Source: Bacillota bacterium
Lineage (GTDB): Bacteria > Bacillota > Clostridia > TANB77 > CAG-465
Length of the DNA: 64,000 nt
Reading direction: 5' to 3'
NCBI GenBank assembly: GCA_023460235.1
Contig: JAEWRE010000043.1
Span: 42-64,041, forward strand
Below, piece by piece: positions 10,105-18,943 of this stretch. Position 1 is the first letter of the stretch. Each line of letters begins with the position of its first letter. The position numbers were made by a program, and so were the translations under genes. Under the pieces are notes generated by a model. It did no database searches. It had not been told where the DNA came from and saw only the letters and a program-made list of their open reading frames with translations.

Positions 10105-10668
10105 ATGAATTATTTAGAAACCTTAAAAAATATAGCAAAGGATAAAAATAAAAGAACTGAGAATTTAATAGTGCTAATAGTGTTACTTGTAATTATATTG
10201 ATATCAATGAAGTATATATTTCCATCAAATAATTCTACTAAAACTAATACACAATCAAATAGTAATAATACAAGTACTAATAGTAATATAAATAGTAGTA
10301 ATACAAGTAATAAAACTGTATCAAGTGATCTTGAAAATAAATTAAGTACTGTATTATCACAAATATCTGGCATAAGTGATGTTTCAGTAGTTGTAACGTA
10401 TTCAAAAGATACAACTACTACACCTGTATACAATACCAAGGAACAAGAAAAATCAGGTGAAAAAACAACTGAAAAAACAGTAGCATATAATCAAGATGGA
10501 AATAACAAAACTGCAATTATCGAAAGCGTAGAGTTGCCAAAAGTTGAAGGCGCAATTGTTGTTGCAAAAGGTGCAGATTCTGTTGATATGAAATCTAAGA
10601 TTGCCAGTGCTATATCTAATTTAACTAATGTACCAGTATATAAAATACAAGTATTTGAAAAGAAATAA
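10105..10668 (+). CDS. spoIIIAG: Stage III sporulation protein AG (N-terminal TM, N/S/T-rich linker, C-terminal YscJ/FliF-like ring-building domain).
   Basis: Synteny; architecture read from the translation; RBS GGAGG. Confidence 0.7.
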   Translation: MNYLETLKNIAKDKNKRTENLIVLIVLLVIILISMKYIFPSNNSTKTNTQSNSNNTSTNSNINSSNTSNKTVSSDLENKLSTVLSQISGISDVSVVVTYSKDTTTTPVYNTKEQEKSGEKTTEKTVAYNQDGNNKTAIIESVELPKVEGAIVVAKGADSVDMKSKIASAISNLTNVPVYKIQVFEKK

Positions 10669-10684
10669 TCAAGGAGGGATATTA

Positions 10685-11257
10685 ATGACTGTTATAAAGA
10701 GGAGTCAAATTGCGGTATTGTCAGTTACTCTTATGATAGCAATTGCAGGATATATTAATTATAAATATAATCCTGAAAGGGAGAAAAATCTTGGTCAGAC
10801 CGTTTATGTAAATGGTAAAGATAGTTACACTTATGATGAAGTTAGTATATATAAAAATAATCAAGATTCATCTCAAGTAAATTCCAATACTGATACTAAA
10901 ACGGATGATTCAATATCTGTCTTTAGATATGATAGGGATAACATGTATTCAGAACTCAGTGAAAATTATACTAAAATCATAAACAATCAAAATACTAGTG
11001 CTGATTCTGTAAATGATTATCAAAAAAAATTAGATAGCTTAATACATGAAAAAAACTTAATAACAATGGTGGAAAATGTTATTAAATCAAAAGGCATAGA
11101 AGATATTGTAATAATACCAACTAGCAATGATAATATAAATGTTGTAATAAAATCAAAAGAAGATTTAAAAACAGAACAAATGGCGCAAATTCAGCAAATA
11201 ATTGTAGATCAATTAGGTGTTAGTGCTAGTAAACTTAGTATAACTGTAAAAAAGTAA
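10685..11257 (+). CDS. spoIIIAH: Stage III sporulation protein AH.
   Basis: ATG at 10685 with RBS AAGGAGGG. The track start at 10628 has no RBS and overlaps spoIIIAG. N-terminal TM; last gene of the operon. Confidence 0.65.
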   Translation: MTVIKRSQIAVLSVTLMIAIAGYINYKYNPEREKNLGQTVYVNGKDSYTYDEVSIYKNNQDSSQVNSNTDTKTDDSISVFRYDRDNMYSELSENYTKIINNQNTSADSVNDYQKKLDSLIHEKNLITMVENVIKSKGIEDIVIIPTSNDNINVVIKSKEDLKTEQMAQIQQIIVDQLGVSASKLSITVKK

Positions 11258-11291
11258 TGGTAAAGAATTAAAAAACAAGAAAATGTCAAAA

Positions 11292-11327
11292 TTTATTCAA
11301 TTAATTTAGTTGAATAAATTTTTTTAT
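11292..11327 (+). terminator. Rho-independent terminator (TTTATTCAA...TTGAATAAA, then TTTTTTT) ending the spoIIIA operon.
   Basis: Inverted repeat plus T7 run. Confidence 0.65.
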
Positions 11328-11628
11328 TTCAATTTATTTAAAGTTTAATCGCCGTAATGTTACAATAATATTACAAAATTGTAAAAAAAAAATTACTACT
11401 ATTAAAAATGTTGAAATTGAAATTAAAATATGATAAAGTATAACTACAATTTGATATATAGATATTATATATCTTAATTTATAGAAATTAATTAAAAATT
11501 AGCGAATATATAGTTAATTATTTGGGAAAAATATTATAGTAAGAAAGTTTAATTTTTTGTGAGAAAAATGTCAAAAAACCAATTATCTCACTCAATTCAA
11601 AATCAATTTTACGAAAGGGAGCAAAAAT

Positions 11629-13299
11629 ATGGCGAGTTGTCTTGGAATATATTCTAATCAAGATTTTGTAAAATATGCAAAAGTTTCAATAGATTCAAAT
11701 AAAGAATTCAAAGTAGAAGCATATGGAACAAGATTTGTTAGTAATAATGACAGAAAAATATTAATAAGCAATATAATTGATGAAACTAACTCAAAAGATT
11801 TGCCAATAATAATAAACCCTGAATTTGATAAATTCATAGATGTACAGGTTTACGAACAAGCAAAAAGTAAAGCATATATAGATGATGTAATTAGAATGGA
11901 ATTTGAAGCTTGGTGTGAAAAAAACAAAACCGAACCTTCAAAATTTTCATATGTTTATGCTTTATCTGACTATAAAACAACTGAAAATAAGTATAGTGGT
12001 ATAATAAATATAACTGAGGATACTGAAATACGTAATTTAAATGATGCTGTTGGACAAAACTTAACTTCAATAGTGCCATCTGAATTAACACTTCATAAAG
12101 TTGTGCCACAAGACTATGAAAATTATGTATTAGTAAATCTTGATGATAAACTTTCAATATCAACAATTATAAATAAAAAATTAGCTGAAATTAAGACTTA
12201 TGATGTGGGTATGGAGCAAATATTTTCTGATCTTAGATTAAGATTAGGTTCTTATCAAAAAGCATATGAGGCTTGTAAACAAGTCAACGTATATACTGAG
12301 GGTAAGTCTCAAAATGATCCAACTATAGAAGTATTAACTGAGCAAACTTTACAAGAAGTATTAAAGTATGTTTTAGTAATGGTAAATAAAAACAGAAAAG
12401 ATATAACTAAAGTACTTATAACTGGTAGTGGTACTGTATTTACAAATATAGATATACTATTTACTGAATTCTTAGACATGAAGAGTGAGATTTTAAAGCC
12501 TGAATTTTTAGTTAATTCTGGTAGTATTAAGAATCTTGCTGAAGTACTTGAAACTATACATGCTATTTCACTTGCTTGTAATTATTTAAAACCAGATCAT
12601 TCTCAAATAGACTATGTTGGTAAAAAAATGGCAAGTAAATTCTCATTAGAAACATTACTTTCAGTATTTAAAAAGAAAGATCCTAGTGAACTTCCACGTA
12701 AAGTTAAATTTGATAAGCCAAAGGCAGATAATAACAAATCAAATGAGGGTGCTCAAAATAAAAATGTTATTTACGCTTTTGATTTTGAAAAGTTTAGCAA
12801 ATATGCTATAAATGGTGTAATAGTTATAGCTGTTATATTAGTAACTTATATTGTATTTAACATATTCTATTCAAATAATATAAACAAGATGCTTACTGCT
12901 ATAGCGGATCAAGATACAAAAGTATCTTCTAAAATATCTGAAGTTAACAATGATATTAGTTATATAAATTCTAATGTATCACAATATAAGACTATAAACA
13001 CTCAAGTATCTGATTTAGTAACTCAGATTGAAACTGGTTCATTAGGTAAAATAACTACATATAATGTTGCTAGTTTTTTACAACAAGTTATAAAAATAAT
13101 ACCAAAGACAATACAACTTAAATCAATAAGTTCAGATGATAATAAAAATGTGAAAATTTCAGCACAATCATCAAGCTATGCAGACCTTGGTTACTTTGTA
13201 GCACAATTAAAGCTAGAAGGAGTATTAAATTCTGTAAAAATAAATAGCATACAAAATGGTGAGACAATTTTAGTAGAGATTGGTGGTGAGTTACCGTAA
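11629..13299 (+). CDS. pilMN: Fused PilM-PilN-like T4P assembly protein: actin-like ATPase domain (~330 aa) plus C-terminal TM and periplasmic coiled-coil PilN-like part.
   Basis: RBS AAGGGAG. N-terminus 'CLGIYSNQDFVKYA' resembles the PilM 'GxDIGSxxIK' motif. TM helix at aa ~395-420. Heads a T4P gene block. Confidence 0.6.
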   Translation: MASCLGIYSNQDFVKYAKVSIDSNKEFKVEAYGTRFVSNNDRKILISNIIDETNSKDLPIIINPEFDKFIDVQVYEQAKSKAYIDDVIRMEFEAWCEKNKTEPSKFSYVYALSDYKTTENKYSGIINITEDTEIRNLNDAVGQNLTSIVPSELTLHKVVPQDYENYVLVNLDDKLSISTIINKKLAEIKTYDVGMEQIFSDLRLRLGSYQKAYEACKQVNVYTEGKSQNDPTIEVLTEQTLQEVLKYVLVMVNKNRKDITKVLITGSGTVFTNIDILFTEFLDMKSEILKPEFLVNSGSIKNLAEVLETIHAISLACNYLKPDHSQIDYVGKKMASKFSLETLLSVFKKKDPSELPRKVKFDKPKADNNKSNEGAQNKNVIYAFDFEKFSKYAINGVIVIAVILVTYIVFNIFYSNNINKMLTAIADQDTKVSSKISEVNNDISYINSNVSQYKTINTQVSDLVTQIETGSLGKITTYNVASFLQQVIKIIPKTIQLKSISSDDNKNVKISAQSSSYADLGYFVAQLKLEGVLNSVKINSIQNGETILVEIGGELP

Positions 13300-14099
13300 T
13301 GCAAAGAGATTTAGTTAAATTTATAGTTAGTACAGTTATATTAGTAGCTTTAATTGCGGTAATAGTATTTTCATTAATAAGTGGTATTGATTTAGGTTTT
13401 GCAAAAATATCATCTTTTAGTGGTTTACAACAACAACATGATAATATTTCTACAAAACAAACATCATTATCTCAAAAGGAAACTTCATATAAAACAACGC
13501 TTCAAAATCTTGAAAATGCAAAAACAGAGTATTCTAAAGAAAAAGCGAAGTATGAAGCAATAAGTAATGAAACTATAAACATGATAAAAGAAGCCACAAC
13601 TGAAGAAAAATATACTTTAGAGTATATGTGGATAAGACTTGGAAATTATGCTAAAATACATAACTTATCTATACTTTTAGTTGAACCAGGTGGAAGTTCT
13701 ACAAGTACGACAACAGGCGGTGCAGGCACACCTACAGGTACAACAGGTACTGGAACAAGCACAGGCACAGGCACTGGAACACCTACTGGAACTAATACTT
13801 CTACAGGAACTGGTACTAATGCTACTACTGGAACAAGCACAGGTACAGGTACACCAACTGGTACTACTGGTACTACTGGTACTAATACAACAGGCACACC
13901 ATCTGGAAACACAACAACTGCTTCTGATGTCTTAAGAATTGAAATTACAGGTAGTTATCTAAATGTTTCTGATTTCATATTTGATGTAGAAAATGATAAA
14001 GAACTTAGATTTAAACTTGACAATATAACAATGGAACTTGTTTCTGGTACAACAATAAAAACAACATTTAATGTAAAAAATATGGTTATTAACAAATAA
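13299..14099 (+). CDS. pilO: PilO-like T4P assembly membrane protein (N-terminal TM, coiled coil) with an internal ~80-aa Thr/Gly-rich low-complexity tract.
   Basis: Position after pilMN; topology; TG-rich tract at 13681-13920. Confidence 0.5.
   Translation: MQRDLVKFIVSTVILVALIAVIVFSLISGIDLGFAKISSFSGLQQQHDNISTKQTSLSQKETSYKTTLQNLENAKTEYSKEKAKYEAISNETINMIKEATTEEKYTLEYMWIRLGNYAKIHNLSILLVEPGGSSTSTTTGGAGTPTGTTGTGTSTGTGTGTPTGTNTSTGTGTNATTGTSTGTGTPTGTTGTTGTNTTGTPSGNTTTASDVLRIEITGSYLNVSDFIFDVENDKELRFKLDNITMELVSGTTIKTTFNVKNMVINK
13681..13920 (+). repeat. Low-complexity coding repeat (GTxGTx encoded by acwggwac-type DNA).
   Basis: Seen directly. It also creates long spurious ORFs on both strands (13646-13912 minus, 13681-13935 plus). 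Confidence 0.8.
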
Positions 14100-14116
14100 T
14101 CAAAGGAGTAAATAAT

Positions 14117-14521
14117 ATGAAAAAATCATATATTATAACCTTTAGTATATCTGTTATAGTAATGTTTTCGGTAGCAATTATATTTCTTATGTTAATGTTA
14201 CCACAAAACGTCAATATAGTAGATTCTGAAGCAACAAAATATCAACAAATAGCAAAGACAGATTATACGTTTAATAAAACTAAAGATGTAAGCCAAGAAA
14301 GTTTACAAAAAGAATATTCAATTACATCTTCACAAATTGAGTCATTTGCTAAGAAAAATCAATATAAAGCAGGAAACTCTGATCCTTTCACAGCAGCTGG
14401 TACTAATACCAATAATGGAAACGCTAACAATGGTAATACTAATAATGGTGGTACTACACCTGATGAGGAAACAACAAATAGTAATGGTGGAACACCAAAC
14501 CCACCATCAGCGAATAAATAA
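14117..14521 (+). CDS. Small membrane-anchored T4P-associated protein (N-terminal TM, N/G/T-rich C-terminus); a PilP-like role is possible.
   Basis: RBS AAAGGAG; context between pilO and the pilins. Confidence 0.4.
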   Translation: MKKSYIITFSISVIVMFSVAIIFLMLMLPQNVNIVDSEATKYQQIAKTDYTFNKTKDVSQESLQKEYSITSSQIESFAKKNQYKAGNSDPFTAAGTNTNNGNANNGNTNNGGTTPDEETTNSNGGTPNPPSANK

Positions 14522-14535
14522 GGAGTGGAACTACT

Positions 14536-15018
14536 TTGAAAATTTCAAAAGATAAATTCGTAATAATCATATTACTTATAATAGTTATAATACTTTCAGT
14601 AATTTTAGTTATAAAATCACGAAATACATTTTCTGGAAGTACTACAAAAACATTTTTAAGTGATATTACAAATATACAAAGTAAATTATCTTATTATATA
14701 GGTTCAACATATTCTGAAACTTTTGGTGTTTATACTAATGTGGAAATCATAACAGGAACTAGTGAAAAAACAAGTTCTAAATCTAATTTAGAAAACATCA
14801 AACCAATTGTAGATACTAGTTCTAAAAAAGAAAAAAATAGTAAAGTATATTATAAATTAAATTCAGATGTTGTTAAACAAATATTAAAGATAAATTTGCC
14901 TACATATGATGGGATTGAATGGTATATTCAAGATGGACAGTATTTAAAAGTAAACTTTGAAAAACAACCATCTTGGTGGAATGACAGCCTAAACACATAT
15001 ATGGTAGGCAACAACTAA
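14536..15018 (+). CDS. Membrane-anchored protein (N-terminal TM MKISKDKFVIIILLIIVIILSVILVI with no Gly cleavage site); a minor pilin-like or assembly protein is possible.
   Basis: TTG start with RBS AAGGAG; 160 aa. Confidence 0.4.
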   Translation: MKISKDKFVIIILLIIVIILSVILVIKSRNTFSGSTTKTFLSDITNIQSKLSYYIGSTYSETFGVYTNVEIITGTSEKTSSKSNLENIKPIVDTSSKKEKNSKVYYKLNSDVVKQILKINLPTYDGIEWYIQDGQYLKVNFEKQPSWWNDSLNTYMVGNN

Positions 15019-15026
15019 ATTTGGTT

Positions 15027-15051
15027 AAAACATTTATTTACCAAATGTTTT
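15027..15051 (+). other. Stem-loop (AAAACATTT/AAATGTTTT) upstream of the major pilin gene; a partial terminator or attenuator is possible.
   Basis: 9-bp inverted repeat followed by an AT-rich (not pure T) tract. Confidence 0.35.
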
Positions 15052-15083
15052 AATATATATATTTTATATAAGGAGGAGCTTTT

Positions 15084-15623
15084 ATGAAAGCAAAAAAAGG
15101 TATTTCTTTAATCGTATTAGTTATAACTATAATTGTTATAATTATCCTTGCTGGTGCAGTTATTTTGAACATGACTAAAAATAATCCAATGGATTCAGCA
15201 AAAGTAGCAAAATTGGTTCAACAAAGGGATTCATTAGAATCAGCTACATTGCTTTATGCTCAACAAATAATGGCAGCAACTCAAGGTGAATATGGTTTAT
15301 CAGACATTTTACAAGGCAATGCAGTAAAATCAGCAGCAGGAGTAACACCAGTAGTTAAATATACTGGTATAACAACTGGAACTGCACTTACAAATGTTAC
15401 TGGTGCATCTACAACAGCTACATTTAAAGTTGCTGATTCTACTGTAACAAAAGACACTATAGATTTTGCTTTACCAGAATCAGGTGTTTCTGGTGCATAT
15501 TGGGCTGTTGATACAGCAAGTGGAAAATTCTATTTAGTAGTTCCAGCAGCTACAACAAATCCAACATGGTTAGATCTTACAAATCAATCATTAGCAGCAT
15601 TTGTTGTTAAATTAGCATCTTAA
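15084..15623 (+). CDS. pilA: Probable major pilin (prepilin MKAKKG|ISLIVLVITIIVIIILAG; 179 aa, Ala/Thr/Gly-rich, no Cys).
   Basis: Strong RBS TAAGGAGG. Higher-expression-like codon usage and locally higher GC than neighbours. Located before the pilD-like and pilB genes. Confidence 0.6.
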   Translation: MKAKKGISLIVLVITIIVIIILAGAVILNMTKNNPMDSAKVAKLVQQRDSLESATLLYAQQIMAATQGEYGLSDILQGNAVKSAAGVTPVVKYTGITTGTALTNVTGASTTATFKVADSTVTKDTIDFALPESGVSGAYWAVDTASGKFYLVVPAATTNPTWLDLTNQSLAAFVVKLAS

Positions 15624-15665
15624 TTAAATACGTAATTTAAAATTTAATACGATTAGAAAAGGTCT

Positions 15666-15694
15666 GGACATATATGCAACATGTGTATATGTCC
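15666..15694 (+). other. Stem-loop GGACATATA-11nt-TATATGTCC just downstream of the major pilin gene; possible partial terminator.
   Basis: Perfect 9-bp inverted repeat; no clean T-run. Confidence 0.4.
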
Positions 15695-15769
15695 TTACCA
15701 ATATATATTTTAGAGTACATATATTGTGTATTGTAAAATGTATATTTAAGCTTTAAGAAGGGGGAGACA

Positions 15770-16588
15770 ATGACACTTTTTCTAAATATATTTGTTATAT
15801 TTTGTATATTTGTAATTGGAAGTTTATTTGGTAGCTTTTATTCGCTTGCTACATATAGGATTCCTCAAAAACAAGATATTGTTGCAACTAGATCATATTG
15901 TCCAAATTGTAAACACAGATTAGAATTCTTTGATTTAATACCTGTACTTAGCTTCATTTTATGTGGTGGTAAGTGCAGATATTGTCATGATAAAATAAGT
16001 CCAAGATATTTTTTACTTGAAGTAGGACATGGATTGTTATTCGTGGCTATCTATTTGATTTTAACTGTATTCTTTGGAATTTCTATTGAAGCTCTTGTAA
16101 TATTTATGTGTATAGCAATTATGTATTCAGTTATATTTGTAATAATTGGATCAAATATAATGGCAAAAAAAATGAATATTTATAAAAAGAGTGAAAAAGC
16201 TAATTCTAAAAAGGGTGTATTTATATCTGAGTTAGTTATTGCATCAATATTATTTACAATACTTCTTACAACTTCTTTTATTGTGGCAAGAAATTATACA
16301 AATAAAGCAAATAACAGCATAATAAGAGCTAATGCAGTATCTGTTGGAATTAAAAATGCAGAAATTGCACTTAGTACTAAATATGATAGTCTTACTACAT
16401 TTACAAATGTTGAAACTGTGGAAAACATACAGTATACAACGACTGTATCTGTGAATAAATATTCTGATGAAAATTCTTTAAAAGAAGATTTTGTAAAGAA
16501 AATAACTGTTAGCGTAAAATATAATATATCTGGCGAAGAATATGAATTTAAATTTGATACTTTGAAAGGTAGGTCTGCTGTAACATGA
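15770..16588 (+). CDS. PilD N-terminal (Zn-ribbon/TM 'DiS_P_DiS'-like) domain fused in-frame to a pilin-like module (KKG|VFISELVIASILF, which does have Glu+5). No peptidase A24 catalytic domain is present.
   Basis: RBS GGGGGAG. 'GSLFGSFYSLATYRIP' and 'CPNCKH...CGGKCRYC' align to the PilD N-terminus. There are no membrane Asp residues and no GGGD-type motif afterwards. The junction lies across an A8 tract (16165-16172), with an in-frame ATG at 16172. Confidence 0.55.
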   Translation: MTLFLNIFVIFCIFVIGSLFGSFYSLATYRIPQKQDIVATRSYCPNCKHRLEFFDLIPVLSFILCGGKCRYCHDKISPRYFLLEVGHGLLFVAIYLILTVFFGISIEALVIFMCIAIMYSVIFVIIGSNIMAKKMNIYKKSEKANSKKGVFISELVIASILFTILLTTSFIVARNYTNKANNSIIRANAVSVGIKNAEIALSTKYDSLTTFTNVETVENIQYTTTVSVNKYSDENSLKEDFVKKITVSVKYNISGEEYEFKFDTLKGRSAVT

Positions 16589-17064
16589 AAAAAAATAAAT
16601 CTGGTATGACTATGATTTCAATAGTTTTATATGTAACATTATTTTTTACACTTTCTGTTTTTGTTATTGCAATGAGTACAAATATGAATACAAATGCCTT
16701 ATCTGAAAAAGGTGATATAATAATTAATGAAGATTTACAAAAAATTCAGTATAATTTAGTGAAAAGTTGTAAAGAAAGTGATAAAATAGATATAATAGAA
16801 AATAAGATAGTATTTTCGAATAATGATGAATACTACTTTAATACTGAAAAAAAGATATTGTATAAAAATGATACAGTTATCTCAAAGAATGTACAAGAAT
16901 TTTCTATTGTGAATTTAACAGATTTATCTGGAATATCATCTACTCAAATAACAAATATTGATACTAAAATTCAAAATTTAACTGTTAAATTTGATATAAA
17001 AAAATATAACAAGGAAAAAAGTTCAACAATATTTTTATCATTAGGAGCTGGTTTATATGAATAA
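16585..17064 (+). CDS. Prepilin-like (pseudopilin) protein, 159 aa (MKKNKSG|MTMISIVLYVTLFFTLSVFVIA).
   Basis: Class III-like N-terminus; ATG overlaps the upstream stop. Confidence 0.5.
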   Translation: MKKNKSGMTMISIVLYVTLFFTLSVFVIAMSTNMNTNALSEKGDIIINEDLQKIQYNLVKSCKESDKIDIIENKIVFSNNDEYYFNTEKKILYKNDTVISKNVQEFSIVNLTDLSGISSTQITNIDTKIQNLTVKFDIKKYNKEKSSTIFLSLGAGLYE

Positions 17065-17272
17065 GAAAAAACTAAGAGGTTCTGGAATATTAGTTGTTAT
17101 ACTATCTTCAGTAGCATTTTATATTTATGCAATGTCAACATTTAGTGAACAAGAATATTTTGGAATATTACAAGATAGATATGAAAAAGATATAGTTAGA
17201 GAATATGAAAAAAACGTAAACAATATAGATGATTTCTATGATAATGTCGTAAATATATATAACAATATGTAA
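17057..17272 (+). CDS. Small prepilin-like protein, 71 aa (MNKKKLRGSG|ILVVILSSVAFYIYA).
   Basis: Class III-like N-terminus; overlaps the upstream gene by 8 nt. Confidence 0.4.
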   Translation: MNKKKLRGSGILVVILSSVAFYIYAMSTFSEQEYFGILQDRYEKDIVREYEKNVNNIDDFYDNVVNIYNNM

Positions 17273-17289
17273 TGTGAGGAGGTAAGAAC

Positions 17290-18927
17290 ATGTTTGAAAA
17301 TATTAAATCGAAAAAAAATCCAATAGGTGTTGAGTTTATAAAAAGGGGACTACTTACAGATAGTCAAGTAGACAGAGTACTACAATATCAAAAAGAGCAT
17401 AAGGAATTAAAGTTTGCTGAAATAGTTGATATACTAGATATGTGTGATAAATCACAATTGCTTGAGACTTTAGCTGATAAAGTTGGTATAACTCCTGTAA
17501 CACTAGATGGAGATATAACTGTAAATCCAGTAAAATACATCCCAAGAGATATGATTATAAATTATAAGGTTATGCCTTTTGATATTGATGGAAATACTTT
17601 AAAAGTAGCGTTTTCTGATCCACAAGATGTTGATAAAGTAAAAGAAATAGAGCTTTTACTTATGAATGCCGGATACAATATGGAAGTATATATAACTTTA
17701 TATACAGCTATTATGAAGCAAATAGAGCAAATAAGAACAGTTGATAGTAAGTTTGTTGATAAAGAAGAAAAAGATGTTACAAAACTAATAGATAATATAA
17801 TTATGACTGCTATACAAAAAAGAGCCAGTGATATTCATATTGAACCTATGGAAGATAAAGTAAGAATCAGATTTAGAATTGATGGTGAATTAATTACTAT
17901 AACTGAGCTTCCAAAAAATAGACAAGATATCGTAACAGGAAGACTTAAATCGATTTCAAATATGTATCAAGAAATTACTTATGATCAAGATGGAAGTATA
18001 AACACTTACGAAAATTTCAGTATCCGTGTATCAAGTCAAAAAAATGTTAACGGAGAAAAATTTGTACTTAGATTATTAAGAAAAAATACTGAAGCAAAAA
18101 ATTTATTTGAACTTGGATTTGAAAATGATGATGAACTAGTTGCAAAAGCTTTTGATAAAAGAAATAGTATAGTTCTTGTATGTGCACCAACTGGAGAAGG
18201 TAAAACTACAACTTTATATAGTGTAATTGAATATCTTGATAAGCCTCAAATTAATATAATATCAATTGAAAACCCAGTTGAAAGAAGATTAAAAGGTGTA
18301 AATCAGGTAGAAATAGGACCAAATATTAGTTTTGACTCTGCACTTAGAACAGTTCTAAGACAAGATCCAGATATTGTTCTTGTTGGAGAAATAAGAGATG
18401 TTGAGACTGCTAAAATTGCTATAGAAGCAGGACAAACAGGACATTTAGTTTTAAGTACAATACATACAATTGATTCAATTGAGGCTATTACAAGAATAAG
18501 AAAAATGGGTATATCAGATTACGATGTATCAGCTACACTTGTAACATCAATATCACAAAGACTTGTTAGAAAGCTATGTAATAAGTGTAAAAAACCACAT
18601 GAAATTACAGAAGATGAAAAAAGGTATATTGAAAGAGTTACAAAAATAACTGGACAAGAATTTGATTTAGAAAGTGCACAAATGTATGAACCTGTTGGTT
18701 GTAAATACTGCAATGATATCGGGTATTATGAAAGAATTGCATTATTTGAAGTGTTATGCGTAGATGATTACTTAAAAGATATGATTTCAGACGGAAAATC
18801 TACAATTGATATTCGTAAATATGCAATTGAAAATACAGGATATAGACCACTAATTGCAGATGGTGTAAAAAAAGTATTAGAAGGCATTACAACAATTGAT
18901 GAGCTAAAGAGAAAAATAACATTATAA
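17290..18927 (+). CDS. pilB: T4P/T2SS assembly ATPase of the PilB/GspE family (N-terminal GSPII_E_N-like domain, Walker A 'APTGEGKTTTLY', tetracysteine CxxC...CxxC).
   Basis: RBS GAGGAGG; motifs read directly; 545 aa. Confidence 0.85.
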   Translation: MFENIKSKKNPIGVEFIKRGLLTDSQVDRVLQYQKEHKELKFAEIVDILDMCDKSQLLETLADKVGITPVTLDGDITVNPVKYIPRDMIINYKVMPFDIDGNTLKVAFSDPQDVDKVKEIELLLMNAGYNMEVYITLYTAIMKQIEQIRTVDSKFVDKEEKDVTKLIDNIIMTAIQKRASDIHIEPMEDKVRIRFRIDGELITITELPKNRQDIVTGRLKSISNMYQEITYDQDGSINTYENFSIRVSSQKNVNGEKFVLRLLRKNTEAKNLFELGFENDDELVAKAFDKRNSIVLVCAPTGEGKTTTLYSVIEYLDKPQINIISIENPVERRLKGVNQVEIGPNISFDSALRTVLRQDPDIVLVGEIRDVETAKIAIEAGQTGHLVLSTIHTIDSIEAITRIRKMGISDYDVSATLVTSISQRLVRKLCNKCKKPHEITEDEKRYIERVTKITGQEFDLESAQMYEPVGCKYCNDIGYYERIALFEVLCVDDYLKDMISDGKSTIDIRKYAIENTGYRPLIADGVKKVLEGITTIDELKRKITL

Positions 18928-18943
18928 GGGAGTAGATTAAGAT

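Noticed and set aside
13646-13935. 88-aa minus-strand and 84-aa plus-strand ORFs rich in P/V or Q/L.
   Set aside because: Artefacts of the (acnggn) low-complexity tract within the PilO-like gene.
15770-16588. Annotating this ORF simply as prepilin peptidase PilD.
   Set aside because: Only the N-terminal domain is present; there are no catalytic aspartates and no A24-like TM core.
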